Below the pieces are notes generated by a model. That model was not told the DNA's origin. It did not search any database and saw only the letters and a list, made by a program, of their open reading frames with translations. Shown here one piece after another: positions 46,810 through 54,938 of a stretch of DNA of 64,000 nucleotides; the stretch's first letter is position 1, and the number at the start of each line of letters is the position of its first letter. Origin of the DNA: a virus (Duplodnaviria > Caudoviricetes); IMG/VR virus record IMGVR_UViG_3300035670_000197, positions 318 to 64,317 of that record. One strand, 5' to 3'. The position numbers and the translations under genes were made by a program.

Positions 46810-46936
46810 TTTTTACTTCGTCCTTTCGTCGCGGCAAGCACGCCGCTCAAAAAATAATAAGACATAAACCTGAAAATACAAAACGGCACCACCCGTGTTG
46901 GGTGATGCCGCCTTGCCGTGAGGAAGTTGTTTTGTT

Positions 46937-47119
46937 TTAGCTAGCTAGCTCCAGCTCCTGGCCGTAACCCGTGCCGAGCTTGCCGCAGCCGTTGACATCC
47001 CAACAACTCGGACACATATAGGCCCACGGGCCGAACTTGGTCTTGCCGTCGTATGCCGCGTCGTTCTCCGTGCAGAAGTCGCACTTTGGAATCGAAACCA
47101 TCTTTACTTTTGTGCTCAC
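46937..47119 (-). CDS. Zn-finger protein (CDFC...YDGKT..GPWAYMC..C...LGTGYGQ)
   Basis: Recurrent phage family motif; GTG start. Confidence 0.75.
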   Translation of the reverse strand: MSTKVKMVSIPKCDFCTENDAAYDGKTKFGPWAYMCPSCWDVNGCGKLGTGYGQELELAS

Positions 47120-47258
47120 GCCGTTTTCCTTTCCCTGATAATTCGGTAGCGCGTGCCGCTCCACGACAACGCCGCCATGACGTAATCGCGAGCCGCTTGT
47201 TCTGTTGGGAATTCGTATGGAAGAACTCCCTTAGGTGTCTCGATTTTGTAAACCACGA

Positions 47259-47468
47259 TTACGCCTTGGCGTCCATTGAGTGGAAGACAAACCCCTGAGG
47301 GTCTTCGAGAAAGATTTGACCATTAGCCCACGGGCCATCTTGGTCCTTGTGCGCCGCATCCATGATGTGCGCTATTGCTTGGAATGTTGCATCCATCTTG
47401 CTATCTGCGTCGATGGTCTTAGTACGCATGTCGCGTCCTAAGTGTGCAGTGAGTTTGTAGTTTGCCAC
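47259..47468 (-). CDS. Hypothetical protein
   Basis: GTG after GACGAAAGGAC; promoter 47504-47532. Confidence 0.65.
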   Translation of the reverse strand: MANYKLTAHLGRDMRTKTIDADSKMDATFQAIAHIMDAAHKDQDGPWANGQIFLEDPQGFVFHSMDAKA

Positions 47469-47538
47469 CTGATGTCCTTTCGTCATTTTGTGATGGTAGA
47501 ACCATCATAACACTTTCATGCAGAAATTGCAACTCTTC

Positions 47539-47835
47539 TCAGAAATTATTTTTGAGAGCCTGATGCATGAGGTAGAGCGTGTACCCAATGGCAACCAAAC
47601 CTATGGCGAGATACAACCCAAGGTGAATCACGAATGAGATACACGCGATACCAACAGCGACACTCGCTGCCATGTACCAGTGTTCGCCGCGACTCTTCAA
47701 TCTGATGAACAGCGCGATAGGCCAAAGCACCAGCATTGCGAGCGCACCAAAGTAAAGAGGGGCTAGGTCATCGTCATCTACGTCAATTGCGTCGTTGATG
47801 TCGAAGAGCTTCCAAAGAATGAAAAGTTCCAACAT
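47539..47835 (-). CDS. Membrane protein
   Basis: Three hydrophobic segments. Confidence 0.6.
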   Translation of the reverse strand: MLELFILWKLFDINDAIDVDDDDLAPLYFGALAMLVLWPIALFIRLKSRGEHWYMAASVAVGIACISFVIHLGLYLAIGLVAIGYTLYLMHQALKNNF

Positions 47836-47977
47836 GACTTCATCATATCTTCAGTCTTCGGAATTTGCAAGCTTCGCGAGCTGCAGCGGCCCTGGAAGTG
47901 AAGAAGTTGTTCGAAACCCACCTGAGCGCGATAGCGCTCAGGCTACCAGGAGCGTCAACTTCAAAACAACTCCGTTC

Positions 47978-48400
47978 TTAAGCGGGCCAAACGTACTCAA
48001 GATTGTCGGGTACCTCGGGGAAGAACGGTCTGTAGTACTCGGGTAACTTGCGGACCAAGTTTGACTGATGGCTGAGGTGGAACTGCGAGCTCCCCAGCCA
48101 AGCTGGTTTACTCAAGTTGTTCGAATCTCTATATAGCTCGACCAGCTTCTCGAACCTTTCGAGCATCGTGTCTTTGTATCCGCGACGAATCCACTCTCGT
48201 GTTACGACCAAGCCGTACACAGCGAGTTGATATTCGTAACCGTCCCACATCCGAGCCGCTGGGTGGTTAACCCAGCCTTTGGTCTCGCCGTTCAGTGCTC
48301 GCAGCAACTGGTATGTCTCAACCCGTTGTTTCCCGAGCCGCTTGTAGTCGAGTACCTCTGCTGACCGTTGGTAGTCCTCGAATGGTAAAAACGTTTGCAT
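47978..48400 (-). CDS. Pyrimidine-dimer DNA glycosylase-like protein (MSMEG_6728/DenV family)
   Basis: MQTFLP...LDYKRLGKQRVE...HPAARMW...SHQSNLVRK...YVWP. Confidence 0.85.
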   Translation of the reverse strand: MQTFLPFEDYQRSAEVLDYKRLGKQRVETYQLLRALNGETKGWVNHPAARMWDGYEYQLAVYGLVVTREWIRRGYKDTMLERFEKLVELYRDSNNLSKPAWLGSSQFHLSHQSNLVRKLPEYYRPFFPEVPDNLEYVWPA

Positions 48401-48419
48401 TGTCCCTCCGTCTTTTATA

Positions 48420-49270
48420 TCTAGTCCGTTCACGCTAGCCACATCGGCGCTCGCCGTCAATACCCCTCGCCGCAACTGTGAATGTAAGCGAACGGTTACA
48501 TTTGGCGGGCCGCCATCCGTCAAGTTGTTTGAATGTTGCGGTCTTCAGCAGCTGCCAGGAACCAAGCCGTTATCACATCCGATAACAACTGGGCGGGACT
48601 TTATTATTTTTTACCTATTTTTTACCTCGCAGCGGTCGAGCCGCCAGAATCCGACGTAGCTGCGCGGGTAACTTCCAAACAACTCAGGCCGCCAAACCTT
48701 AAGGGCCCTTCGGTCCCTTCGGTCCATTGGGTCCGTTCAGGCCGCTAGCTTGCGGCGGGCCGCAAAATAAAAGTTGTTTATATCTTGACGCAGCGGCAAG
48801 AGCTTGCCGTTACGCGGGCCGCCCAGATATAAACAAGTTGTTGCTATGTTCCAGGTTAAGAGCTCGCCGCCACCGCCACCACCGCCACCACTTCCACCGT
48901 TAGTACCAGCAACAGCAGCAACAGCTACCGCGCCGCCATCCGAAAAGTTGTTTGGAAGTAATTTGGAAAACCAAGCTAAATTTCCAAAATTCATCTAGCA
49001 GGGGTTTTGCACTCGGAAATCGCGGGCCGCCAGCTGCCGACATCGCAACAACTCCGAACAACCCCGAAGGGGCGTCGCGGCGGGCCGTTTCAGTTATTTC
49101 AGTTATAAGTGCAACACCTAGCCGCTGGTGCAACACCGTTCAGACTTAGAATTAAGGTTGTACAAAGAGTTCTATGATGGCAAGCCGCCAGGAGCTCCAG
49201 GCAATATGCAACTTCCAAATAACTTGAACACGCAGCAGCTGCAGCTTAAGTTACCCGTCAGTAACTAGGA
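48420..49270. repeat. Non-coding region dense in GCGGGCCGC and AGTTGTT/AACAACT words and hairpins
   Basis: GCGGGCCGC at 48505, 48755, 48814, 49022; 12-bp inverted repeat 48774/48825. Confidence 0.75.
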
Positions 49271-49277
49271 TTTCATT

Positions 49278-49463
49278 ATGGTTCTTGCACATCAGGTAGG
49301 AAGTGACCCGTTTGGGTTCCACGAGTTAGTGCTCATTACCCTCGCCGTTGGTTGGACTGGGTTGATGGCGGTTGGGCTGTATACACGCCGCTATTACAAA
49401 GTTGTTAGGTTATTTGCCTTAAGAGCTCGCCGCTCAATCAAGCGGTTCAAGAAAGTGCGCTGA
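49278..49463 (+). CDS. Small membrane protein
   Basis: One TM helix; AGGA RBS. Confidence 0.45.
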   Translation: MVLAHQVGSDPFGFHELVLITLAVGWTGLMAVGLYTRRYYKVVRLFALRARRSIKRFKKVR

Positions 49464-49631
49464 GATATACCCAATCCACAGATACACCAGTGCTTTGCCC
49501 TGCGGTTTCGAGCCGACCGTCCTCAGGATTCGGGTGATGGTGGGAACCCGTTTAGTTGTTAACGCGACAATCTCGTAGGCGCATCCAATGAGTAGCACCG
49601 TGTTCAGAGCTTTCTGGGTGCTCTCTTTCAT
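49434..49631 (-). CDS. Small membrane protein
   Basis: YEIVAL....VPTITR...HF pattern. Confidence 0.55.
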   Translation of the reverse strand: MKESTQKALNTVLLIGCAYEIVALTTKRVPTITRILRTVGSKPQGKALVYLWIGYISAHFLEPLD

Positions 49632-49756
49632 TACACACCTCTACAGTTGATGTCCGTTCCACATTCAGGGCAGCGGTCATGGTCGTCTTGTAGCTCGTAA
49701 ACCGCGCCGCACCAGAAACAATCAACTTGTTCGCTCTTGCCGCCGTCGTCCGACAT
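49631..49756 (-). CDS. Small Zn-ribbon protein (not in ORF track)
   Basis: CFWCG...CPECG. Confidence 0.5.
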   Translation of the reverse strand: MSDDGGKSEQVDCFWCGAVYELQDDHDRCPECGTDINCRGV

Positions 49757-49763
49757 TTTTTAC

Positions 49764-49925
49764 CTACTGGCTGACCATCTGTCCAGCGCAGCCTTGGGTA
49801 CTGCATTGCAGGCCGCCCTTCGAGAGGGACAAGTTCTTCTTAGTCATCAAGGCCCCGCAGAACTTGCATGGCTTCTGCTCTTCCTTTGGAACCTTACGGT
49901 TTGGGTTTACACCTGGTGTTGTCAT
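49764..49925 (-). CDS. Small Cys protein (not in ORF track)
   Basis: CKFCG...CSTQGC. Confidence 0.45.
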   Translation of the reverse strand: MTTPGVNPNRKVPKEEQKPCKFCGALMTKKNLSLSKGGLQCSTQGCAGQMVSQ

Positions 49926-49959
49926 GGTTTTATTTTACTCCCACTTGACAACTTGTTAA

Positions 49960-50142
49960 TTACTGACTACGCTGTAAAACAGCGTTGTCAGTTATTAACT
50001 TAAGCAGGTTAGCGGCTTCATTTGCGCGAGCCGTTACTCGGATGTGTTCATCGCGGGTTCTCGACAACGGGATATCTTCAGCAAGGCGGGCCGCCAGCTC
50101 TGTCGCGGCAGCAATAACTTCTTCATTAAACATCGAGCTCAT
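49960..50142 (-). CDS. Hypothetical protein
   Basis: ORF track. Confidence 0.5.
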   Translation of the reverse strand: MSSMFNEEVIAAATELAARLAEDIPLSRTRDEHIRVTARANEAANLLKLITDNAVLQRSQ

Positions 50143-51151
50143 CGGCGTCGAATCCTTCCGTCCGTTCTACCTCGCCGTCGTCGGAAGGTAAAATTTTGTC
50201 CGCAGCGGGCCGCGCTGCGTCTAAGTTGTTTGAATCTTGAGCCTGGGACGTCCGTACTGGAGCTTCCTCCTCGGAGTCCATAACAACTTCGGCATCAGTG
50301 ATATCCGTATCAGCTGGTAGAACTTCAATGATTCGAGATGCTCCTTGAGCGAGCCGTGCCAGTCTTTCCTGCACAATTTGTGCGGGGCTTCGCGTATCCG
50401 TTACCTGAACATCGAGTCCGATGTCCATGCCGCCGCGAACTCCTGCGCGGTCAAGGATTTCGGCGCTCGCCTTAAGACGAACGGGTTCAGAGATGGCTGA
50501 CTCCATAAGTTCTTCGAGAACGTCCACCGCGTAAGGTGCAGATTGCATTAACTTCCTGCGGGCCCGCTCTACATCTTCGCCAGGTTTGCGTTGGGTTCGG
50601 AGGTGGACGCGGCACAAGCCGTCATCCTTAATCCGTCCTGAAGACCAGAGTTGGCAGCGGATTCCGTCAGACTTGATGATTCTGCAGCGATGTGGCAGCG
50701 CGAGGGGAGCTCGCCGTGGATTGCTGGGGCCGCCATTTTCCTGCTCTTTTAAATAAGCGCGTGTTGAAGCGACCACCCACGGTGGGGAGATGTTGCAAGC
50801 CGCTTCGTCAACGATGAGGTCGAGGCCCGTCAAGTACTCAGAGTTTTTGTCATCTGGGTCCGACAGCAGCGGGCGCTTTTCGTGGAGGCTGAGGATTCTC
50901 CGTTCCTTCATAGCCTCGGGGGAGCGTGCCGCGATGAGACCCGTTGGTTTTCCCTGCTGGTCGTAGACCGCATCCCAGTTGAACTTGTTTGCTCGCAGAA
51001 CCTGACGGTTTTCGAATGTGTCCTCGACAATGCCGCGTTCGTGTTCTTGCAGGCCGAGCGACGAAAGGTCAGGTCGGAAATCTATTGGGGTTTCAACAAT
51101 GGGTTCGGTGGACTCTTCGTCCGCTGGCCCGTCGAAAGGTACGAGACTCAA
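50126..51151 (-). CDS. Terminase small subunit-like protein
   Basis: C....SDG.RC...CRVH, then ARRKL...AVDVLEELM...VRLKASAEILDRAG helical motif typical of TerS-like proteins. Confidence 0.55.
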   Translation of the reverse strand: MSLVPFDGPADEESTEPIVETPIDFRPDLSSLGLQEHERGIVEDTFENRQVLRANKFNWDAVYDQQGKPTGLIAARSPEAMKERRILSLHEKRPLLSDPDDKNSEYLTGLDLIVDEAACNISPPWVVASTRAYLKEQENGGPSNPRRAPLALPHRCRIIKSDGIRCQLWSSGRIKDDGLCRVHLRTQRKPGEDVERARRKLMQSAPYAVDVLEELMESAISEPVRLKASAEILDRAGVRGGMDIGLDVQVTDTRSPAQIVQERLARLAQGASRIIEVLPADTDITDAEVVMDSEEEAPVRTSQAQDSNNLDAARPAADKILPSDDGEVERTEGFDADELDV

Positions 51152-51239
51152 ATTTTACCTCCGCTCAAGAAGCGGTGGGCGGGACCCGTAGACAACTACA
51201 GGAAGGGGGAACAGAACACGGGCCCCGCCGCACCAAATT

Positions 51240-51557
51240 TTACTTCTTGGCTGGAGCCTTCTTGGCTGGGGCCTTCTTTGCGGTTGCCTTCTTGGCAGGA
51301 GCCGCAACCTCGATAACGATGGTGTCGGGGTGAGTTGACTCGTCAACAAGTGATGGGCCGGGGTTCGGGCCGAAGTTGGCGGAGGCAAGGGAGGTCACGA
51401 GGGACAGGGCCGCCGCGAACAGGGCTGTCGAAAGGGACATACCCCAGTCGAATTCGTGGATACCCATGGCCTCTGTTCCCATGAGGGCAACGAGGGCTTG
51501 GGCAAAAGTCTTGACGGCTCGCTCGCCTGCGGCCTTCCAGAAATTGATGTCGTACAT
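51240..51557 (-). CDS. Holin (r1t-type) with PAKK tail
   Basis: FWKAAGERAVKTFAQAL...LSLVTSLAS...GPSL. Confidence 0.85.
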   Translation of the reverse strand: MYDINFWKAAGERAVKTFAQALVALMGTEAMGIHEFDWGMSLSTALFAAALSLVTSLASANFGPNPGPSLVDESTHPDTIVIEVAAPAKKATAKKAPAKKAPAKK

Positions 51558-51774
51558 GTGTGTCTTCGCTCCTTAGTTGAGGTTCGATTTTTTACCTCAG
51601 TACACCAAGTTACGGCACTGGGGCTCGGACGAATTTTTGGAAAAATTGAGAGATATACGTCCCCTTTTCATAAACAACGGTTCGCCTCGGTTGCATTTTC
51701 CCTCGTGAAATAAGGGTTTTGGAAAAAGTGCAGGGTTGTACGACAGGGAGAAAAAATGAACAGAAAAAGTGCTT

Positions 51775-51984
51775 CTAGAACTTGGCTAGAGCCTTCTCAA
51801 ATCTCTTCAGAAGTTTGGAAGTTGTTCGTGTCATCTCGTTGGCAGCTTCAGCCATGTTGCTTGGATATTCTCTCATCCGATGAAATCCACCCATCCTCAC
51901 GAGGAGGGTAAGTTGGGCAAGTTCATCTTTCGTGAACTCGACCGTTACCGTTTTCTCAGTCTTACTCTTCTTTTGAGTTGGCAT
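51775..51984 (-). CDS. Hypothetical protein
   Basis: ORF track. Confidence 0.55.
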   Translation of the reverse strand: MPTQKKSKTEKTVTVEFTKDELAQLTLLVRMGGFHRMREYPSNMAEAANEMTRTTSKLLKRFEKALAKF

Positions 51985-52225
51985 CTTGGTTCAACCATTT
52001 CTTGTCAATAGCACTATCCGATTCCACAAGGTAATCCGTAAGTTTATCTAGAACCCCAAAAGCATTGGGCCCTGTTACTTCGATATAACTTGCTTCAGTA
52101 TGTGAGTCGTTGTAAACGAGTTCACCTTCCCAGTGGGAAAACTTCCCGACGAAGTAGACCTTCTTCAAAGTGAAGGTCAAAGTTTCTGAATCATCGAAAG
52201 GTGAGTTAGGGAATTCTTCCTGCAC
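51962..52225 (-). CDS. Hypothetical protein
   Basis: ORF track. Confidence 0.55.
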   Translation of the reverse strand: MQEEFPNSPFDDSETLTFTLKKVYFVGKFSHWEGELVYNDSHTEASYIEVTGPNAFGVLDKLTDYLVESDSAIDKKWLNQDANSKEE

Positions 52226-52448
52226 TTTTATCTTCTGCTTTCCATGCTCGGTACGACTTCAAGTACACAACCATGTATACCAGAGCAGCGAAGATAAATC
52301 CGTACTGCCTAGTGATGAGTGCGTATGAAATCCACAAACACTCGTTGACGCAAAGAACTAACCAACCCCAGAGAGTCTTTCGACCCACGAAGTAGATACC
52401 TGAGACTCCGACCACGGCGAGAAGCCATGACCAGAGTTGCTCAATCAT
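52206..52448 (-). CDS. PnuC-like small membrane transporter
   Basis: WSWLL..VG..G.YFVGRK..WGW...LW..YA..T.QYGF. Confidence 0.7.
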   Translation of the reverse strand: MIEQLWSWLLAVVGVSGIYFVGRKTLWGWLVLCVNECLWISYALITRQYGFIFAALVYMVVYLKSYRAWKAEDKSAGRIP

Positions 52449-52743
52449 AGGGAGTTGGAGTGTCTTCAGTCTCCAAAACAGGAAGTTGCTCTAATGCTGG
52501 ACTACCCGTAATCACATCTTGTGCTCGGCGCAGTCCCAGACTGTAGAAACTTTCATCGGTATCACCCATGGTGAGTTCCCAGTCCATAGCCATTTGTTTC
52601 AAGGTTCCAGCAATTTCTTCATTCCACTCACGGACAGCCGTCTCAAAAACTTTCACGACCTGAAGAAATTGTTCTGGAGTCAGCAATCCAGATTTGGTCA
52701 AGATGTTTAGTTCACTCTTGATTTTGTCTTCTAGCTTTTTCAT
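52441..52743 (-). CDS. Hypothetical protein
   Basis: Coupled ORF. Confidence 0.6.
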   Translation of the reverse strand: MKKLEDKIKSELNILTKSGLLTPEQFLQVVKVFETAVREWNEEIAGTLKQMAMDWELTMGDTDESFYSLGLRRAQDVITGSPALEQLPVLETEDTPTPYD

Positions 52744-53210
52744 CGCACCTCTTCCAAACATGTGTTACATAGAAGCATGTTGATAGCAGTTGCTTCTGAA
52801 GCGACTTTAAGATTCTTAGTCAATGGCACAGGTGAGATAGGACCCTCCTCGGTTCCGCACTTATCGCACTTGGGTGTTTCAATCCATGAACACTCTTTGT
52901 CAGCTATAGCCAAAGCAGCCATACCTCGAATGAGTGCATGAAGAGATTTCGGTCCACTTGTCCCACGAAGGAATAACCGAGTGTCTTCAGCAATAAGAAC
53001 TGCTCTTCCGTTCTGACATGGGCACCTCATTCGAGATGGAATACATTCGACTAACCCTGAGTAAGGGTCAACCTTGTGTCTGGACATGGCATGACCACAG
53101 ATACAAATTCGGTCATCCCTCGCAGACTTCTTAGTTTTTTCTTTGTCTGTCGCAATCGCTTCTTCAGGGTCAATCCCCAGAGCAGCGAGTGCATCTTTTG
53201 CAGATGTCAT
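52740..53210 (-). CDS. Cys-rich Zn-binding protein
   Basis: CICGH...H...C...CPC and CDKC...CNTC. Confidence 0.65.
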   Translation of the reverse strand: MTSAKDALAALGIDPEEAIATDKEKTKKSARDDRICICGHAMSRHKVDPYSGLVECIPSRMRCPCQNGRAVLIAEDTRLFLRGTSGPKSLHALIRGMAALAIADKECSWIETPKCDKCGTEEGPISPVPLTKNLKVASEATAINMLLCNTCLEEVR

Positions 53211-53413
53211 TCGTTCTCTCCGTCTTTCTGGAAATTACGTTGCATGATGTCTTGAAAGTCAATATCTGTCTTGACCGCCTCGAACACATGCTCAGCAATC
53301 ATCTCCATTTTCTTCTTTGTCTGTCTCGCTGATACCCACGAGAAAATCCCGAAGGTCACCACGATAGAGACAAAGTTTGTAAAAATTAGTAACAGGTACT
53401 GCCACCAACTCAT
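53207..53413 (-). CDS. Small membrane protein
   Basis: N-terminal TM helix. Confidence 0.55.
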   Translation of the reverse strand: MSWWQYLLLIFTNFVSIVVTFGIFSWVSARQTKKKMEMIAEHVFEAVKTDIDFQDIMQRNFQKDGENE

Positions 53414-53634
53414 TCCGTCTCTCCTTCTCGTGAACCGCCAATCCAACTCAGAGAATCAACAGGAGTACACGCGGTCACTAAAGCTCCGCAACCAAAACAC
53501 GAAGCTTCAAGACCCCACGCAATAATCTCGTAAGTCTCTGGGTCGAACTGCAAGGGAACATTCAGCCATGCACAACCGCAGCTTGGACACACAGGCGTTG
53601 GTATGCCACGAGCGTCTAATTTTGGTTTAGGCAT
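53410..53634 (-). CDS. Zn-ribbon protein
   Basis: RGIPTPVCPSCG...CFGCG..VTACTP. Confidence 0.65.
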   Translation of the reverse strand: MPKPKLDARGIPTPVCPSCGCAWLNVPLQFDPETYEIIAWGLEASCFGCGALVTACTPVDSLSWIGGSREGETE

Positions 53635-53689
53635 TGCGTCACTCCTTGTCACTCTGTCCAAGGTTACTCCCTTCTTCCAGAACTTGTCA

Positions 53690-54100
53690 ACTAGAAAACT
53701 AAAAACCATAAACCATTATGGCCCCTCGAATCTCCCTGCAGAAAAACTATTAAACTATACGACTATACGACTAGTTTTAAATTTGGAAAGTTACAACCAT
53801 TTTTCCCTTACGCGCATGTGTATGCATACGGTTCTATGGGAAATATAGTTACATCTTTACATATTAAAACATGGTTTTATAGTTTCCCTAACAGCATTTG
53901 TCGAAAAAAACTTTAGCATTTGATGTTAGGTGTTGCAACTTCTCTGCAGTTTTATCCCTAACAGATTTTTTAAAAAAACTTCGGAATTGCTGTTAGGTGT
54001 TTAGTGCAGGAAGGTCCTAAAACAAAGAGAAAATGCAGGAAGCTAAAAAGTGTTTCAAAAGTTTTTTCGATGTTAGGGAAACTAAATAACTAAACTCAAC
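53690..54100. other. AT-rich intergenic region with TGTTAGG repeats (candidate origin)
   Basis: 13-bp inverted repeat 53881/54071; TGTTAGG or CCTAACA x5; two TGCAGGAAG boxes. Confidence 0.5.
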
Positions 54101-54103
54101 CAT

Positions 54104-54808
54104 TCATCGAATCTGTACAAAGACCTGCTTGATATGCCACACCTGTACAGTAGGGTCTACCCAAATTTCGAACCCAGCCTTTTCGGCTTTCATGCAAAAA
54201 CTGTAGTCTTCACTCAGATTGACAGGGAAGTCTGCCCCCTCAACAGGAACCTTCAGAATCTCAAACCAAGGGCGAGGGACTTTTTCAAAGACCCCCTGCT
54301 TCATGCAGACAAAGCCAAAACCCACACCGTTTACTCGGACCAATCCATCAGCCAACTCAAAAGTCATGGAATCCATGACCGTTGGTTTTCCCTCCACAAA
54401 TCTGGTGGCGCAGACTCGTCCAGCACCCCCAACGGCGTAAAGTCCCGAAATTATATCTTTGTCGCTATAAAACAGCGTCTTGAACTCCTCAACCCCCCAA
54501 GCGATGTCGGAGTCAATCCAGAACACCTTGTCATAGGTGAACTGCCCTCCCCCAAGTTCCACAGCCGACCAGTTCTGACCCTCAGACCCAGTTGCAGTCA
54601 TTTCGCGGGCACTCGACACGAAGGACGAGTAGTTGTTGAGAAGTGTGTAGCTCAGCCCCTGCTTACCCAGCCAGTGAAGAGTTTTCACCAAGGACTCCAC
54701 ATACCCAGCAGACATGGCGTTACCAGGGGTAGCGAAAACCACGTTGTAATGGGGTTTTTCCCCGATTTCGATTCCCGCCATACGAGCCATAATCTTTGGA
54801 TTCATCAT
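54104..54808 (-). CDS. Glycosyltransferase (GT-A fold)
   Basis: FWIDSDI DxD motif; GFGFVCMK..VF; SEDYSFC. Confidence 0.8.
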   Translation of the reverse strand: MMNPKIMARMAGIEIGEKPHYNVVFATPGNAMSAGYVESLVKTLHWLGKQGLSYTLLNNYSSFVSSAREMTATGSEGQNWSAVELGGGQFTYDKVFWIDSDIAWGVEEFKTLFYSDKDIISGLYAVGGAGRVCATRFVEGKPTVMDSMTFELADGLVRVNGVGFGFVCMKQGVFEKVPRPWFEILKVPVEGADFPVNLSEDYSFCMKAEKAGFEIWVDPTVQVWHIKQVFVQIR

Positions 54809-54938
54809 TTGAGTCCCTCCATCAAGGCATCATACTCCTCATTTCTGGAGCACTTTTATCTAGAATCTTGTCAAGAAACCTTGACAAAGTGTCTAAAAAT
54901 ATGATATATCGGACATACCAGCATGGTACGGTGGTGCT

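Noticed and set aside
48737-49149. Short ORFs with poly-Gly/poly-Pro in the 48.4-49.2 kb region
   Set aside because: Arise from CCACCG/CAGCAA microrepeats; no RBS; region better read as non-coding
49250-49265. Palindrome GTTACCCGTCAGTAAC upstream of ORF 49278
   Set aside because: Single copy; cannot assign a regulator from sequence alone
8620-51745. TTGTACGA at 8621, 26965 and 51736 as a phage late-promoter motif
   Set aside because: Explained as ordinary TACAAT-type -10 hexamers on the minus strand; too few copies
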